64,000 bases of DNA from Alphaproteobacteria bacterium (GCA_045635565.1 JAZTVX010000054.1:568-64567); one strand, 5' to 3'; counted from the stretch's first letter, positions 47,964-56,646 are shown. Translations and numbers: made by a program. Notes: generated by a model from the sequence alone, not told the origin.

Positions 47964-49604
47964 ATGACACCAGAAATTATTGAAAAATTATTTCCTAATC
48001 CGTTGCCGACAATATCGGAAATTGAAGCCAAATATCCGGCAAGAACATTACCGGCAGGAGCAAAAGTAACACGTGTTGCTCCAAGTCCGACGGGTTATAT
48101 GCATATCGGCGGTATTTATGCCGGTTTAGTATCTGAACGGGTTGCTCATCAAAGTGGTGGTGTTTTCTTCTTGCGTGTAGAAGATACTGACCAAAAAAGA
48201 AAAAAAGAAGGAGCAACAGAAGTTATTTGCAATTCATTAACACGTTATGGCATTATTGCTGATGAAGGGGTTGATATTAACGGCAAAGATTTTGGGGTAT
48301 ATGGTCCTTATACACAAAGTGAACGAAAAGAAATTTATCAGGCGTATGCTAAGAAATTATTGGAAGAAGGATTGGCTTATCCGTGTTTTTGTGCTACCGA
48401 AGAATTGGATTTAATGCGTAAAATTCAGGAAAAACAATCTCAACGTCCGGGATATTATGCCAAGTATGCACATTGTCGTTATTTAACGGATGAAGAAATT
48501 ATGGCTCATCTAGAAGCAGGGAAACCATGGGTTCTTCGGTTTAAATCCACAGGAAACAATGATAAGAAAATGTTGATTAAGGACCTGATGAAAGGTGAAA
48601 TTAACATGCCTGAAAATGATTTGGATATTGTTATCTTAAAAGGTGATGGTTTGCCGACTTATCACTTTGCACATGTTGTTGATGATCATTTAATGGGTAC
48701 AACACATGTTATTCGAGGTGATGAATGGGTTTCTTCCGTACCACTTCACATTCAACTTTTTGTTGCATTGGGTTGGAAAGCCCCTAAATATGGTCATTAT
48801 GCTCCGTTGCAAAAATTGGATAACGGTAATAAACGTAAATTATCCAAACGTCATGATCCTGAAGCCAATATTGTTTATTTTTGGGAAAAAGGTTATCCGG
48901 AAGAATCACTGGTCGAATATTTGTTTAATTTAATCAACGCTTCATTTGAAGATTGGCGTCGCTTGAATCCGGATAAAAAAGCATTTGATTTCCCGTTGAA
49001 TTTTAATAAAATATCAAATACGGCCGGGGCACTGTTTGATTTCCAAAAATTGCACAGTATTTCCAAAGATGTTATTTCCCGAATGACGGCAGATGAAGTT
49101 TATGACGCTGTTTTGGGTTGGGCAAAAGAATACAAACAGGATTTTGCTCAACGTTTGATTGAACATAAAGACTATTTTGTTTCTATTTTTAACATTGAAC
49201 GTAATATTGGTAAAAAATCACGCAAAGATATTGTTAAATGGGAAGATGTGGAAGCCGATACCTCTTATTTCTTTGATGATACGTTTGATGTTGATTTATC
49301 GTCATATTCAGATGAATTAAAATTGAGCGTTGCCGACATGAAAAAGATTGCATCTGACTTTAAGTCACTGTTTGATATCAATGATGATAAAAATGCTTGG
49401 TTCGAAAAAATTAAAATGATTGCTCATAAACACGGCTTTGCTACAGAAATGAAAGCATATAAGGAAAATCCTTCTTTGTTTAAAGGTAATGTGTCTGATA
49501 TTGCCAATGTTTTAAGAATTTTGATTACCGGACGAACCCAAAGTCCTGATTTACATGCTATTATGCAGGTTATGGGGGCTGATAAAGTTTTGGCCAGATT
49601 GTAA
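47964..49604 (+). CDS. gltX: Glutamate--tRNA ligase (long form, 546 aa)
   Basis: VAPSPTGYMHIGG (HIGH), VEDTDQKR and KLSKRH (KMSKS). Confidence 0.85.
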   Translation: MTPEIIEKLFPNPLPTISEIEAKYPARTLPAGAKVTRVAPSPTGYMHIGGIYAGLVSERVAHQSGGVFFLRVEDTDQKRKKEGATEVICNSLTRYGIIADEGVDINGKDFGVYGPYTQSERKEIYQAYAKKLLEEGLAYPCFCATEELDLMRKIQEKQSQRPGYYAKYAHCRYLTDEEIMAHLEAGKPWVLRFKSTGNNDKKMLIKDLMKGEINMPENDLDIVILKGDGLPTYHFAHVVDDHLMGTTHVIRGDEWVSSVPLHIQLFVALGWKAPKYGHYAPLQKLDNGNKRKLSKRHDPEANIVYFWEKGYPEESLVEYLFNLINASFEDWRRLNPDKKAFDFPLNFNKISNTAGALFDFQKLHSISKDVISRMTADEVYDAVLGWAKEYKQDFAQRLIEHKDYFVSIFNIERNIGKKSRKDIVKWEDVEADTSYFFDDTFDVDLSSYSDELKLSVADMKKIASDFKSLFDINDDKNAWFEKIKMIAHKHGFATEMKAYKENPSLFKGNVSDIANVLRILITGRTQSPDLHAIMQVMGADKVLARL

Positions 49605-49622
49605 TTGAATGGGTTAATCAAT

Positions 49623-49654
49623 AAAAAAAGGGGCAGTTTATCTGCTCCTTTTTT
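49623..49654 (+). terminator. Terminator of gltX
   Basis: 9-bp stem AAGGGGCAG/CTGCTCCTT (one G-U pair) followed by a T-run. Confidence 0.6.
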
Positions 49655-49772
49655 GTAATGTATTATTGTATGATATTGAAAAATATTGTTTTTTTTATTG
49701 TTTTTCTCTTGACATTATCGTAATGGAAACATACTTGTTACCTGTACAGACAAGAGGAAAGGATGCCACGAT

Positions 49773-49904
49773 ATGAGTTTTATAATCAAAATTTTATTAT
49801 CAGTCATTTGTGCTTGTGTCATGGTTGTCTTTTTTTGTTATAACATATTATTTTTATTATTAAAAGGAGGAAAGGATGGAAGTTTCAATGAATCAAAATA
49901 CTAA
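49773..49904 (+). CDS. Possible 43-aa hydrophobic peptide (not in the ORF track)
   Basis: Hand translation gives MSFIIKILLSVICACVMVVFFCYNILFLLLKGGKDGSFNESKY, with one TM helix. It overlaps the next start by 29 nt. The SD is weak. Confidence 0.25.
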   Translation: MSFIIKILLSVICACVMVVFFCYNILFLLLKGGKDGSFNESKY

Positions 49905-50145
49905 ATTAACACCGGAAGAAAAAAAGATGTTAAAACAGGAAATTTATGACAGTTGGTCAGAATTACCCAAAGATTTAAGAGAATATATTTTAGAAAGCAA
50001 ACGTCAAAAGATGAAAGTGCTGTATATGTTGCAAGATTGGGCAAAACAAAATGGTCGAGAAACAATGTTAGAATTACTATCACGTAAAATTGTCTGTAAA
50101 GAAGAAAAAATGAAACGCTTGGAAGAAATGGAAAAGAATGCGTAA
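49876..50145 (+). CDS. Hypothetical small helical protein
   Basis: SD AAGGAGGAAAGG. 89 aa, charged. Directly precedes the LuxR-type HTH gene. Confidence 0.5.
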   Translation: MEVSMNQNTKLTPEEKKMLKQEIYDSWSELPKDLREYILESKRQKMKVLYMLQDWAKQNGRETMLELLSRKIVCKEEKMKRLEEMEKNA

Positions 50146-50155
50146 GGAGAACTTC

Positions 50156-50401
50156 ATGGACAAAGAAAACAAACCGTATCGGCGAGAAGAATACGCTCTC
50201 GGAAACGGCAGTTATCTGTCTGAAAGGCAAGTTGCCGTTTTGCATCAGTTAGGGCAGGGGCTTTCTAATAAACAGATTGCTCATGAATTAGGAGTTGCCG
50301 AACCGACAATCAAAATGCATATTAGTTCATTATTGAGAGCGTTTAAAGTTCAAAATCGTGTTCAAATATTACTAAAAGCAAAAGAAATGAATTTTTTGTA
50401 G
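50156..50401 (+). CDS. Stand-alone LuxR/GerE-type HTH transcription regulator
   Basis: SD AAGGAG. LSERQVAVLHQLGQGLSNKQIAHELGVAEPTIKMHISSLLRAF, with no receiver or ligand domain. Confidence 0.75.
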   Translation: MDKENKPYRREEYALGNGSYLSERQVAVLHQLGQGLSNKQIAHELGVAEPTIKMHISSLLRAFKVQNRVQILLKAKEMNFL

Positions 50402-50414
50402 TGAAGTGATTTTA

Positions 50415-50447
50415 TAAAAAAAGCATTGTTTTACAATGCTTTTTTTG
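50415..50447 (+). terminator. Terminator after the LuxR-type gene
   Basis: Stem AAGCATTGT/ACAATGCTT followed by T6. Confidence 0.7.
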
Positions 50448-50470
50448 TATGATGAGTGTTTGGATGCAAT

Positions 50471-50503
50471 AAAAAAACGCTTCATTTTATGAAGCGTTTT
50501 TTG
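50471..50503 (-). terminator. Terminator of the minus-strand GT2 gene
   Basis: Stem AACGCTTCA/TGAAGCGTT flanked by A7 and T6. Confidence 0.7.
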
Positions 50504-50510
50504 GAAGATG

Positions 50511-51731
50511 TTATTTTTTAATTGTTCCGTCTTTATTTTTTAAATAAGTCCAGTTAGTAGTACCTTTTTTCGTATAAATCTCATCATCCCATCTTTTCCA
50601 TGAGATAGTAACTGTTTTATCATCTTCGTTGATAATTGTTGCTGTATCAGTTGTGTCAGATAAACGATATAATTTTTTACCATCTTTTTCCAAAACCAGC
50701 GTATCTTTCCAGTAGGGATGAATAACTTGAATGGCAGTTCCGTCAATTTCAAAGGGTTGACAGATTGTTTTTCTTCTTTTTTCCAAAACATCTTGATTGA
50801 GAATCTTTTTGACTTTATTAGCCTCGACCATTTGTTTGAGAATTGTACAACGTTTTTCATCACCGTTGAAAGCACCCAGTAAATCATAAGAAACTTCAAC
50901 CAAAGGTTTGAATTTATCTTGCTGTACCTTTTTAAAACTTTCGGCTTGAATGTTGTAATATTGGTCGGGTTTAGCCAATCCCCGAATATATCCAAACATT
51001 AAAACCCCTTCTTTCATTGAGGAAACACGCCCACCTTTTGCCATAACATCTTTGTAAAAACCACAGTCTTCAGCATGTAAATATTTTGAATCATAACGGA
51101 TATTGTGCTTTTCAATAAAACTGCGACGAATAATAATTGTTGGATGAGCAAGTCCTGATGAAAAATATGTATTTAATTCAACTTCATCGGCATTGTTAAT
51201 TTGAGGAATCCCATGAGGTTTTTCGTGTTTCCCTTCTATAGGAACCAAACCACCTCCTAAAATGGCAATATGTGGGTTGATATCCATAGCCCAAACTTGT
51301 CTTTCCAAACGGAATGGCAGAGATTTATCATCATCATCCATACGAACAATGTATTTACCTCGTGCTGCATCTAACCCACGGTTAAGAGAGTATATTAAAC
51401 CTCTGTTTTGTTCATTTTTCAAATGAACAATACGAGAATCTTTTTGTGCATAATATTTAATTTGTTCTGATGTATTATCAGTTGAACCGTCATCAATAAT
51501 AATAAACTCAAAATCACCGTAAGTTTGTTCTAACATAGATTCGATAGCATGAGGTAATGCTTCAGCCCGATTGTAGGTTGACATGACAATGCTGACCGTC
51601 GGTGTGTTAAAAAAGTATTTGAACGGTTTAAGCAAAATGTCTTTATTCGCATGACACGAAAAACCTAACCAAAATACTAATACCGTATATCCCGTCTTTA
51701 GACAAAATGTTTTGAATTTATGTTGTTTCAT
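50511..51731 (-). CDS. Family 2 glycosyltransferase with a signal peptide and a C-terminal extension; paralogue of 14795-15922
   Basis: VSIVMSTYNRAEALPHAIESMLEQT..FEFIIIDDGSTDNT and DxD (MDDDD). Start is placed at MKQHKFKTF (SD GAGGG); an alternative ATG is at 51755. Confidence 0.8.
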   Translation of the reverse strand: MKQHKFKTFCLKTGYTVLVFWLGFSCHANKDILLKPFKYFFNTPTVSIVMSTYNRAEALPHAIESMLEQTYGDFEFIIIDDGSTDNTSEQIKYYAQKDSRIVHLKNEQNRGLIYSLNRGLDAARGKYIVRMDDDDKSLPFRLERQVWAMDINPHIAILGGGLVPIEGKHEKPHGIPQINNADEVELNTYFSSGLAHPTIIIRRSFIEKHNIRYDSKYLHAEDCGFYKDVMAKGGRVSSMKEGVLMFGYIRGLAKPDQYYNIQAESFKKVQQDKFKPLVEVSYDLLGAFNGDEKRCTILKQMVEANKVKKILNQDVLEKRRKTICQPFEIDGTAIQVIHPYWKDTLVLEKDGKKLYRLSDTTDTATIINEDDKTVTISWKRWDDEIYTKKGTTNWTYLKNKDGTIKK

Positions 51732-51797
51732 ACTACCCTCATATGTTTTTTTCATAGAGGTATCATATCTGACATCAATAGATTAGTCAATACTTAT

Positions 51798-52808
51798 TCA
51801 TGAAACATTATTGATTATTATTCCTTTTTGAAAATTTAAAATATTATCAAGTGTTGTTTGGTTAATACGGTTAATAGCATCAATTGAATTAAAGGCAATA
51901 TGAGGCGTGACAATAACATTTTTAAATTGCAGAATCTTTAAATTCATTGCAGAATCCAGTAAAAAGGCATTGTCATGAATACGATTTGTTGTTATAACCT
52001 CATCGTGCAACAGAAAGTCTTCGTTTTCTAATACATCTAGACCGGCTCCGCCAACAATACCTTGTTGCAATGCCCAATAAAGCGATTGTGTATCGATGAG
52101 ATCACCTCGTGCTGTGTTAATCAGTATAACCCCTTTTTTCATTTTTTCAAATGCCTCTTGATCAATCATGTGGAAATTTTGAGGTGTTGAAGGAACATGA
52201 AGCGAGATGATATCGGCATGCCGGTAAATATCTTCCAAATGATAAACGTAAAATGGTTTGAGTTTGGGGTTGGGATAAATATCAAATGCAATAATATTCA
52301 TGCCGAATCCTTGTGCAATTTGTATCATGTGTTGTCCGATGGAACCGGTACCAATTATACCAATGGTTTTACCCTGTAAATCAAAGCCAATATATTGTTC
52401 AGTATTAATATGATTGTGAGTCATTGCATTGCGACCTTGAATGATTTTACGGGATAGAGCCAGTAATAAACCAAACGCAAATTCAGCAACGGTTGTTTCG
52501 CCATATCTTGGTACGTTACATACGGTAATATTGCGGTTTTGGCAATATGTTAAGTCAATATGATTAAATCCCGTTGAGCGAGTTGCAATCATTTTTAGAT
52601 TGGGAAATAAATCCAGTTTTGAGGTGTCAATCATTTCGGAATGAACAAATAATGAAATAATTTCAACGTTATTCAAAGAAGAAATTTTGTTGATGTCAAT
52701 TGCATTCAGACTTTCTTCATAAATATCATAATCGGGAACAGTCAAGGGATGTTGTTGAATATAGTTTTTAAATAAGTCATCAGCATCAAAAAATAAAATA
52801 CGTTTCAT
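51798..52808 (-). CDS. D-isomer-specific 2-hydroxyacid dehydrogenase
   Basis: NAD site GKTIGIIGTGSIGQ. Catalytic-residue contexts NTARGDLID, DVLENE and TPHIAF. Confidence 0.8.
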   Translation of the reverse strand: MKRILFFDADDLFKNYIQQHPLTVPDYDIYEESLNAIDINKISSLNNVEIISLFVHSEMIDTSKLDLFPNLKMIATRSTGFNHIDLTYCQNRNITVCNVPRYGETTVAEFAFGLLLALSRKIIQGRNAMTHNHINTEQYIGFDLQGKTIGIIGTGSIGQHMIQIAQGFGMNIIAFDIYPNPKLKPFYVYHLEDIYRHADIISLHVPSTPQNFHMIDQEAFEKMKKGVILINTARGDLIDTQSLYWALQQGIVGGAGLDVLENEDFLLHDEVITTNRIHDNAFLLDSAMNLKILQFKNVIVTPHIAFNSIDAINRINQTTLDNILNFQKGIIINNVS

Positions 52809-52887
52809 GGGTGTGTCCTTTCAGTTTAAAATTGATATAGGAATGATTTGATTGATTGTAAATCTTTTCTGTCAAAAAATAATTTTC

Positions 52888-52916
52888 TTGATATTAAGAT
52901 GATTTTTAAGTAATAT
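52888..52916 (+). promoter_or_regulatory. Promoter giving a leaderless transcript for 52923-53495
   Basis: TTGATA (52888-93), 17-nt spacer, TAATAT (52911-16). The ATG lies 6 nt downstream with no SD. Confidence 0.4.
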
Positions 52917-52922
52917 AATTGA

Positions 52923-53495
52923 ATGTCAGAAAGTATCACATATCAGGATTTGGAAAAAAATTGTCCGATCAGTTGTCCGTTTCTCCGTAAGTTACCGGAT
53001 AAACATGTTTATTTATGCACAGAATATCACTCATTTTTGGAAATTGATAAATACGGTTTACCACGACGAAATGGTCAATGCGGTGTACAGGAAATTGATA
53101 ATGCTGTTGAAGTTTTAAAATCTGTTTCTGTCAGTATTGATTTGTGGGGGCCACATGTTCTAACATTGGATGATAAACAGTTGCTCAATAATATTGCATG
53201 TGTGTTAGATAATTCAGAAAGAACAACTTTGGCTTTTATTTTGGAAAATAAGAATACGGCAAAAGCATTTATGAATACATTTGCTCATCAACCGAAAGAT
53301 GCAGATTTGGTTGCTAATACACGTGCTGTTATTCGTGAATATGAAGAAAAATATTTAGATAAGGAAGAATTACAAAAACGGCATATTCAATCACGTTCAA
53401 ACCAATTGAAATCCACACAAAAACAAATGGAAGAAGATAATTTAAGATTTCGTTTGATTATGGAACAAAAAGAAAAGAACAATCATTCAAAATAA
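52923..53495 (+). CDS. Hypothetical protein with an N-terminal Cys cluster
   Basis: CPISCPFL...YLCTEY...NGQC, followed by a helical charged C-terminus. 190 aa. Confidence 0.5.
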   Translation: MSESITYQDLEKNCPISCPFLRKLPDKHVYLCTEYHSFLEIDKYGLPRRNGQCGVQEIDNAVEVLKSVSVSIDLWGPHVLTLDDKQLLNNIACVLDNSERTTLAFILENKNTAKAFMNTFAHQPKDADLVANTRAVIREYEEKYLDKEELQKRHIQSRSNQLKSTQKQMEEDNLRFRLIMEQKEKNNHSK

Positions 53496-53512
53496 TAAGA
53501 TAGGAAAGCAAA

Positions 53513-54142
53513 ATGTCAAAATTGATTATATGGGATTGGGATAATACCTTGGCAGATACACGTCGAGCCGTTCGAGCCGGTTTACAGGATTTGGTTTCAT
53601 TTTACCGGTTGCCGAATATAACTGATGAAGATGTTTTAAATGTTATGACATCCCATCGAGGTGATTTTTGGCAAAAACGATTCGGTGATAATATTCCTCA
53701 AGCTGTTGACTTTTATGTTCAGGCTTATCGTCAGCATGCTGATTTGGTTCAACCGTTTGAACAAACAACTTCATTATTAAATTATATCCGTCAAAAAAAT
53801 ATTCCTCAGGTTATTTTGAGCAATAAGAATGAAACCGCCTTGTTGGAAGAAGTTGAAAGACATGGCTTGTCATCATATTTTTCGATTATTAAAGGAACTG
53901 TTGATTTTCTCGGTAAGCCGGATGTTCTTTTTGTTAAACCGATATTAGAACAGTTTCTTCCTGATAAAGTTATCTTAATTGGTGATGGTATTTCAGATAT
54001 GTTGATGGCACAAAATATGGGGGCTGTTTCGATTTTAGTGCATCAACCAAATTGTAATTTACCACATACATATTATGCGGAAACATTGTCAGATGTCAAA
54101 AAATATTTAGAATATTTATTAGGTGAGGATGAAAATGACTAA
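53513..54142 (+). CDS. HAD-superfamily hydrolase (phosphoglycolate phosphatase-like)
   Basis: Motif I IWDWDNTLADT, SNK motif, and GDGISD motif. Confidence 0.8.
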   Translation: MSKLIIWDWDNTLADTRRAVRAGLQDLVSFYRLPNITDEDVLNVMTSHRGDFWQKRFGDNIPQAVDFYVQAYRQHADLVQPFEQTTSLLNYIRQKNIPQVILSNKNETALLEEVERHGLSSYFSIIKGTVDFLGKPDVLFVKPILEQFLPDKVILIGDGISDMLMAQNMGAVSILVHQPNCNLPHTYYAETLSDVKKYLEYLLGEDEND

Positions 54143-55535
54143 AACACGTTGGGGTTCACAAATTGGTTTTGTTTTGGCAACGGCTGGTTCGGCTATCGGA
54201 TTAGGTAATATTTGGCGTTTCCCGTATGTGGCTGGTCAAAACGGCGGCGGGAGTTTTTTAATATTGTACCTCCTGTGTGTGTTTGGTTTGGGTTATTTTA
54301 TGGTTATGGGAAAATTAGCATTCGGTCGTATTGGACGGGTTAATTTGGTTGATGGTTTTGAAAGTGCTGCTCAAAAATCGAATAAAAAAGTTTCTCTTTT
54401 ATGGGGCAAACTGGGTGGAGGTTTAGCGTTGTTTAATGCGTTGGCAGTAAACAGTATTTACGTTATCGTAATTGGTTGGACGTTTTTTTATTTATGTGAA
54501 TCAGTTAAGATACTTTTTTCTGATGTATCTACCAAATTAACAGTAGATGTTTTTAATACTTTAAAATTTTCATTCGCTCATCAATTTTTTTACTCACTTG
54601 CTTGTATTGCTATAACGTTTTTTATTTTGATAAGAGGTGTCAAAAAAGGTATTGAAACATTTTCAAAGTGGTTAATGCCCATATTGTTTATTTTGCTGGT
54701 ATTTTTGGCCATTCGTATGTTGTTTTTGCCGAATGCCATGCAGGGAATTTTATTTTTTCTGACACCTGATTTATCCCGAATTGGAATAACATCACAAGGT
54801 TTTTCTTTTAAAGAATTTAGTGATGTATTTTTAAAGGCTTTAGGGCAATCTATCTATTCATTATCAATGGGTATGGGTGTTATTTATATATATGGTTCTT
54901 ATTTAACACAACAATCCGATATTATAAAATCGACACGATGGATTGTCTTTTTAGATACATTTGTTTCTTTTTTGGCTGGTATTATTGTTTTTTCAGCAGT
55001 TTTTGCATTTGATTTAGAAGTAACCGGCGGACAGGCTTTAACGTTTATTAGTTTGCCACTTGTTTTTTCACAAATACTGGGTGGCGTATTTTGGCAAGTG
55101 ATTTTTTTCTTATTGCTGTTTATTGCCGCATTGACATCTCTTATTTCCATCTATGAGGCTGTTATCAATATGTTAATTGATAAATGGCATACATCACGGA
55201 TACAGGCAACTGTATTGACAGCTGTTTTTAATGTTATCGGATTGGTAATTATATTGATTTCTTCGACAGGTCTTGTTTCTTCCTTACGATTCGGAAAAAA
55301 AGATTTTTTTGATGTGTTAGATACGATAACGGGTGTTTACACAATGTCCATTATGGCACTTGTTTGTACGATTTTCATTGGTTGGAAAATTTCAACATCT
55401 GTTATTCGTAATTTACAGGTAGGACATCCGAAATTATTATCTCATTTTTCTAAAAGATATATTCGTTTTACATTGAGATTTTTTGCGCCGGTATCATTTA
55501 TTTTATTGATATTGAATGCTTTTTTTATTGAGTGA
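54135..55535 (+). CDS. Sodium-dependent transporter of the neurotransmitter:sodium symporter (NSS/SNF) family
   Basis: RWGSQIGFVLATAGSAIGLGNIWRFPYVAGQNGGGSF and multiple TM helices. Start at MTKTRW overlaps the HAD gene stop by 8 nt. Confidence 0.85.
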   Translation: MTKTRWGSQIGFVLATAGSAIGLGNIWRFPYVAGQNGGGSFLILYLLCVFGLGYFMVMGKLAFGRIGRVNLVDGFESAAQKSNKKVSLLWGKLGGGLALFNALAVNSIYVIVIGWTFFYLCESVKILFSDVSTKLTVDVFNTLKFSFAHQFFYSLACIAITFFILIRGVKKGIETFSKWLMPILFILLVFLAIRMLFLPNAMQGILFFLTPDLSRIGITSQGFSFKEFSDVFLKALGQSIYSLSMGMGVIYIYGSYLTQQSDIIKSTRWIVFLDTFVSFLAGIIVFSAVFAFDLEVTGGQALTFISLPLVFSQILGGVFWQVIFFLLLFIAALTSLISIYEAVINMLIDKWHTSRIQATVLTAVFNVIGLVIILISSTGLVSSLRFGKKDFFDVLDTITGVYTMSIMALVCTIFIGWKISTSVIRNLQVGHPKLLSHFSKRYIRFTLRFFAPVSFILLILNAFFIE

Positions 55536-55564
55536 AACAAAATAAAAAAAATAAAAAATAAGTC

Positions 55565-55593
55565 TTGACATGTATTGCAAAACGTGATATAAG
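55565..55593 (+). promoter_or_regulatory. Promoter of tRNA-Val
   Basis: TTGACA (55565-70), 17-nt spacer, TATAAG preceded by TGa (extended -10). About 20 nt upstream of the tRNA. Confidence 0.6.
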
Positions 55594-55612
55594 TAACACC
55601 TGTAAGGCAAAC

Positions 55613-55689
55613 GGGCGACTAGCTCAGCTGGTTAGAGCACCTCGTTTACACCGAGGGGGTCTGCGGTTCGAATCCGTAGTCGCCTACCA
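55613..55689 (+). tRNA. tRNA-Val (anticodon TAC), CCA encoded
   Basis: Hand-folded cloverleaf. Acceptor GGGCGAC/GTCGCCT, D-arm GCTC..GAGC, anticodon arm CCTCG-TTTACAC-CGAGG, T-arm TGCGG-TTCGAAT-CCGTA, and ACCA end. Confidence 0.9.
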
Positions 55690-55718
55690 CCAAAAAAATA
55701 AATATAAAAAAACAAAGT

Positions 55719-55746
55719 AACCATCAACTTTTGTTGATGGTTTTTT
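55719..55746 (+). terminator. Terminator after tRNA-Val
   Basis: 10-bp stem AACCATCAAC/GTTGATGGTT followed by T6. Confidence 0.75.
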
Positions 55747-55823
55747 GTTGTGAATGATTTTTATTGTATTTATTTAACAAATCTACACCCATCAGATTGT
55801 ATTTACTGTAAAAAAAATCAATA

Positions 55824-56573
55824 TTATTTTGTTATTTGTTTTATTTCTTCGGTGTTAAGTTGTGAGCAGTCTGCTTCAATTGATATTAAATATTGGACAC
55901 AATCAATGGCTTTGTTTTTTATGGACTGTTGCAGTGCGGTTTGCTCGTATGAATTTTTTATGGTAATATCTGCTCCTGCTTTTACCAATACTTTTATTAT
56001 TTCTAAATTGTTTTTATCAACAGCATTGTGTAACGGTGTATGACCAAATTCGCTTTGTGCATTGATATTAGCACCCTTGTCGATTAAAATTTGTAATGCT
56101 TCTAAATTATTTTCTAAAACAGCCTCATGTAATGGTGTGTTGCCATATATGTTTCGTGCATGAATATCGGCACCATTAATTAATAAACATTGCATTGCTT
56201 TAATGTTATTTTTGAAGACAGCATCATGAAGCGGTGTATTTCCATTTTCATCTTTTACATTGATATCCATTTTGGCATTTAATAGTGTTTGAATTGCTTC
56301 AATATTATCTTTATAGGCTGCAATATGCAGGGCTGTTGCACCATAGTGTGCTTTTGCATAGATATTGGCTCCCAAGCCAATAAGAGTTTGAATGGCTTCC
56401 ACGGCATTGCTCCAAGTCGCATCGTGTAAGGGGGTGAAATTGTGTTGTGATAGAACATTGATATCGCTTCCATTTTTTACCAGATGACGAATTTGTTCGC
56501 AGTCATTTTGGGAGGCTGCCATATGTAATAACGACTTATCAATCTGTGTTTTTTTTGTGTTGTATTCTGTCAT
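55824..56573 (-). CDS. Ankyrin-repeat protein (about 7 repeats)
   Basis: Repeated TPLH.A......(A/I)...L...GA(D/N)I motifs (TPLHDA, TALHIAA, TPLHDAV, TPLHEAV, TPLHNAV). SD AAAGGAGGAGGA. Confidence 0.85.
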   Translation of the reverse strand: MTEYNTKKTQIDKSLLHMAASQNDCEQIRHLVKNGSDINVLSQHNFTPLHDATWSNAVEAIQTLIGLGANIYAKAHYGATALHIAAYKDNIEAIQTLLNAKMDINVKDENGNTPLHDAVFKNNIKAMQCLLINGADIHARNIYGNTPLHEAVLENNLEALQILIDKGANINAQSEFGHTPLHNAVDKNNLEIIKVLVKAGADITIKNSYEQTALQQSIKNKAIDCVQYLISIEADCSQLNTEEIKQITK

Positions 56574-56617
56574 TTTTTATCCTCCTCCTTTATGTTTAAA
56601 AATTTAACATTCTCGAT

Positions 56618-56646
56618 ATTATATCGTTGACACAAAATAGTGTCAA
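56618..56646 (-). promoter_or_regulatory. Perfect consensus sigma70 promoter for the ankyrin gene
   Basis: Minus strand reads TTGACA (56646-41), 17-nt spacer, TATAAT (56623-18). The -35 is part of the palindrome TTGACAC-N6-GTGTCAA (56627-46). Confidence 0.6.

Noticed and set aside
50540-50995. 151-aa alternative-frame minus-strand ORF inside the GT2 gene
   Set aside because: The GT2 frame carries the conserved motifs, so this is an out-of-frame artefact of AT-rich sequence.
55613-56573. tRNA-Val-associated genomic island carrying the ankyrin gene
   Set aside because: There is no integrase and no direct repeat of the tRNA 3' end downstream. Only the position is suggestive, so it is reported merely as context.
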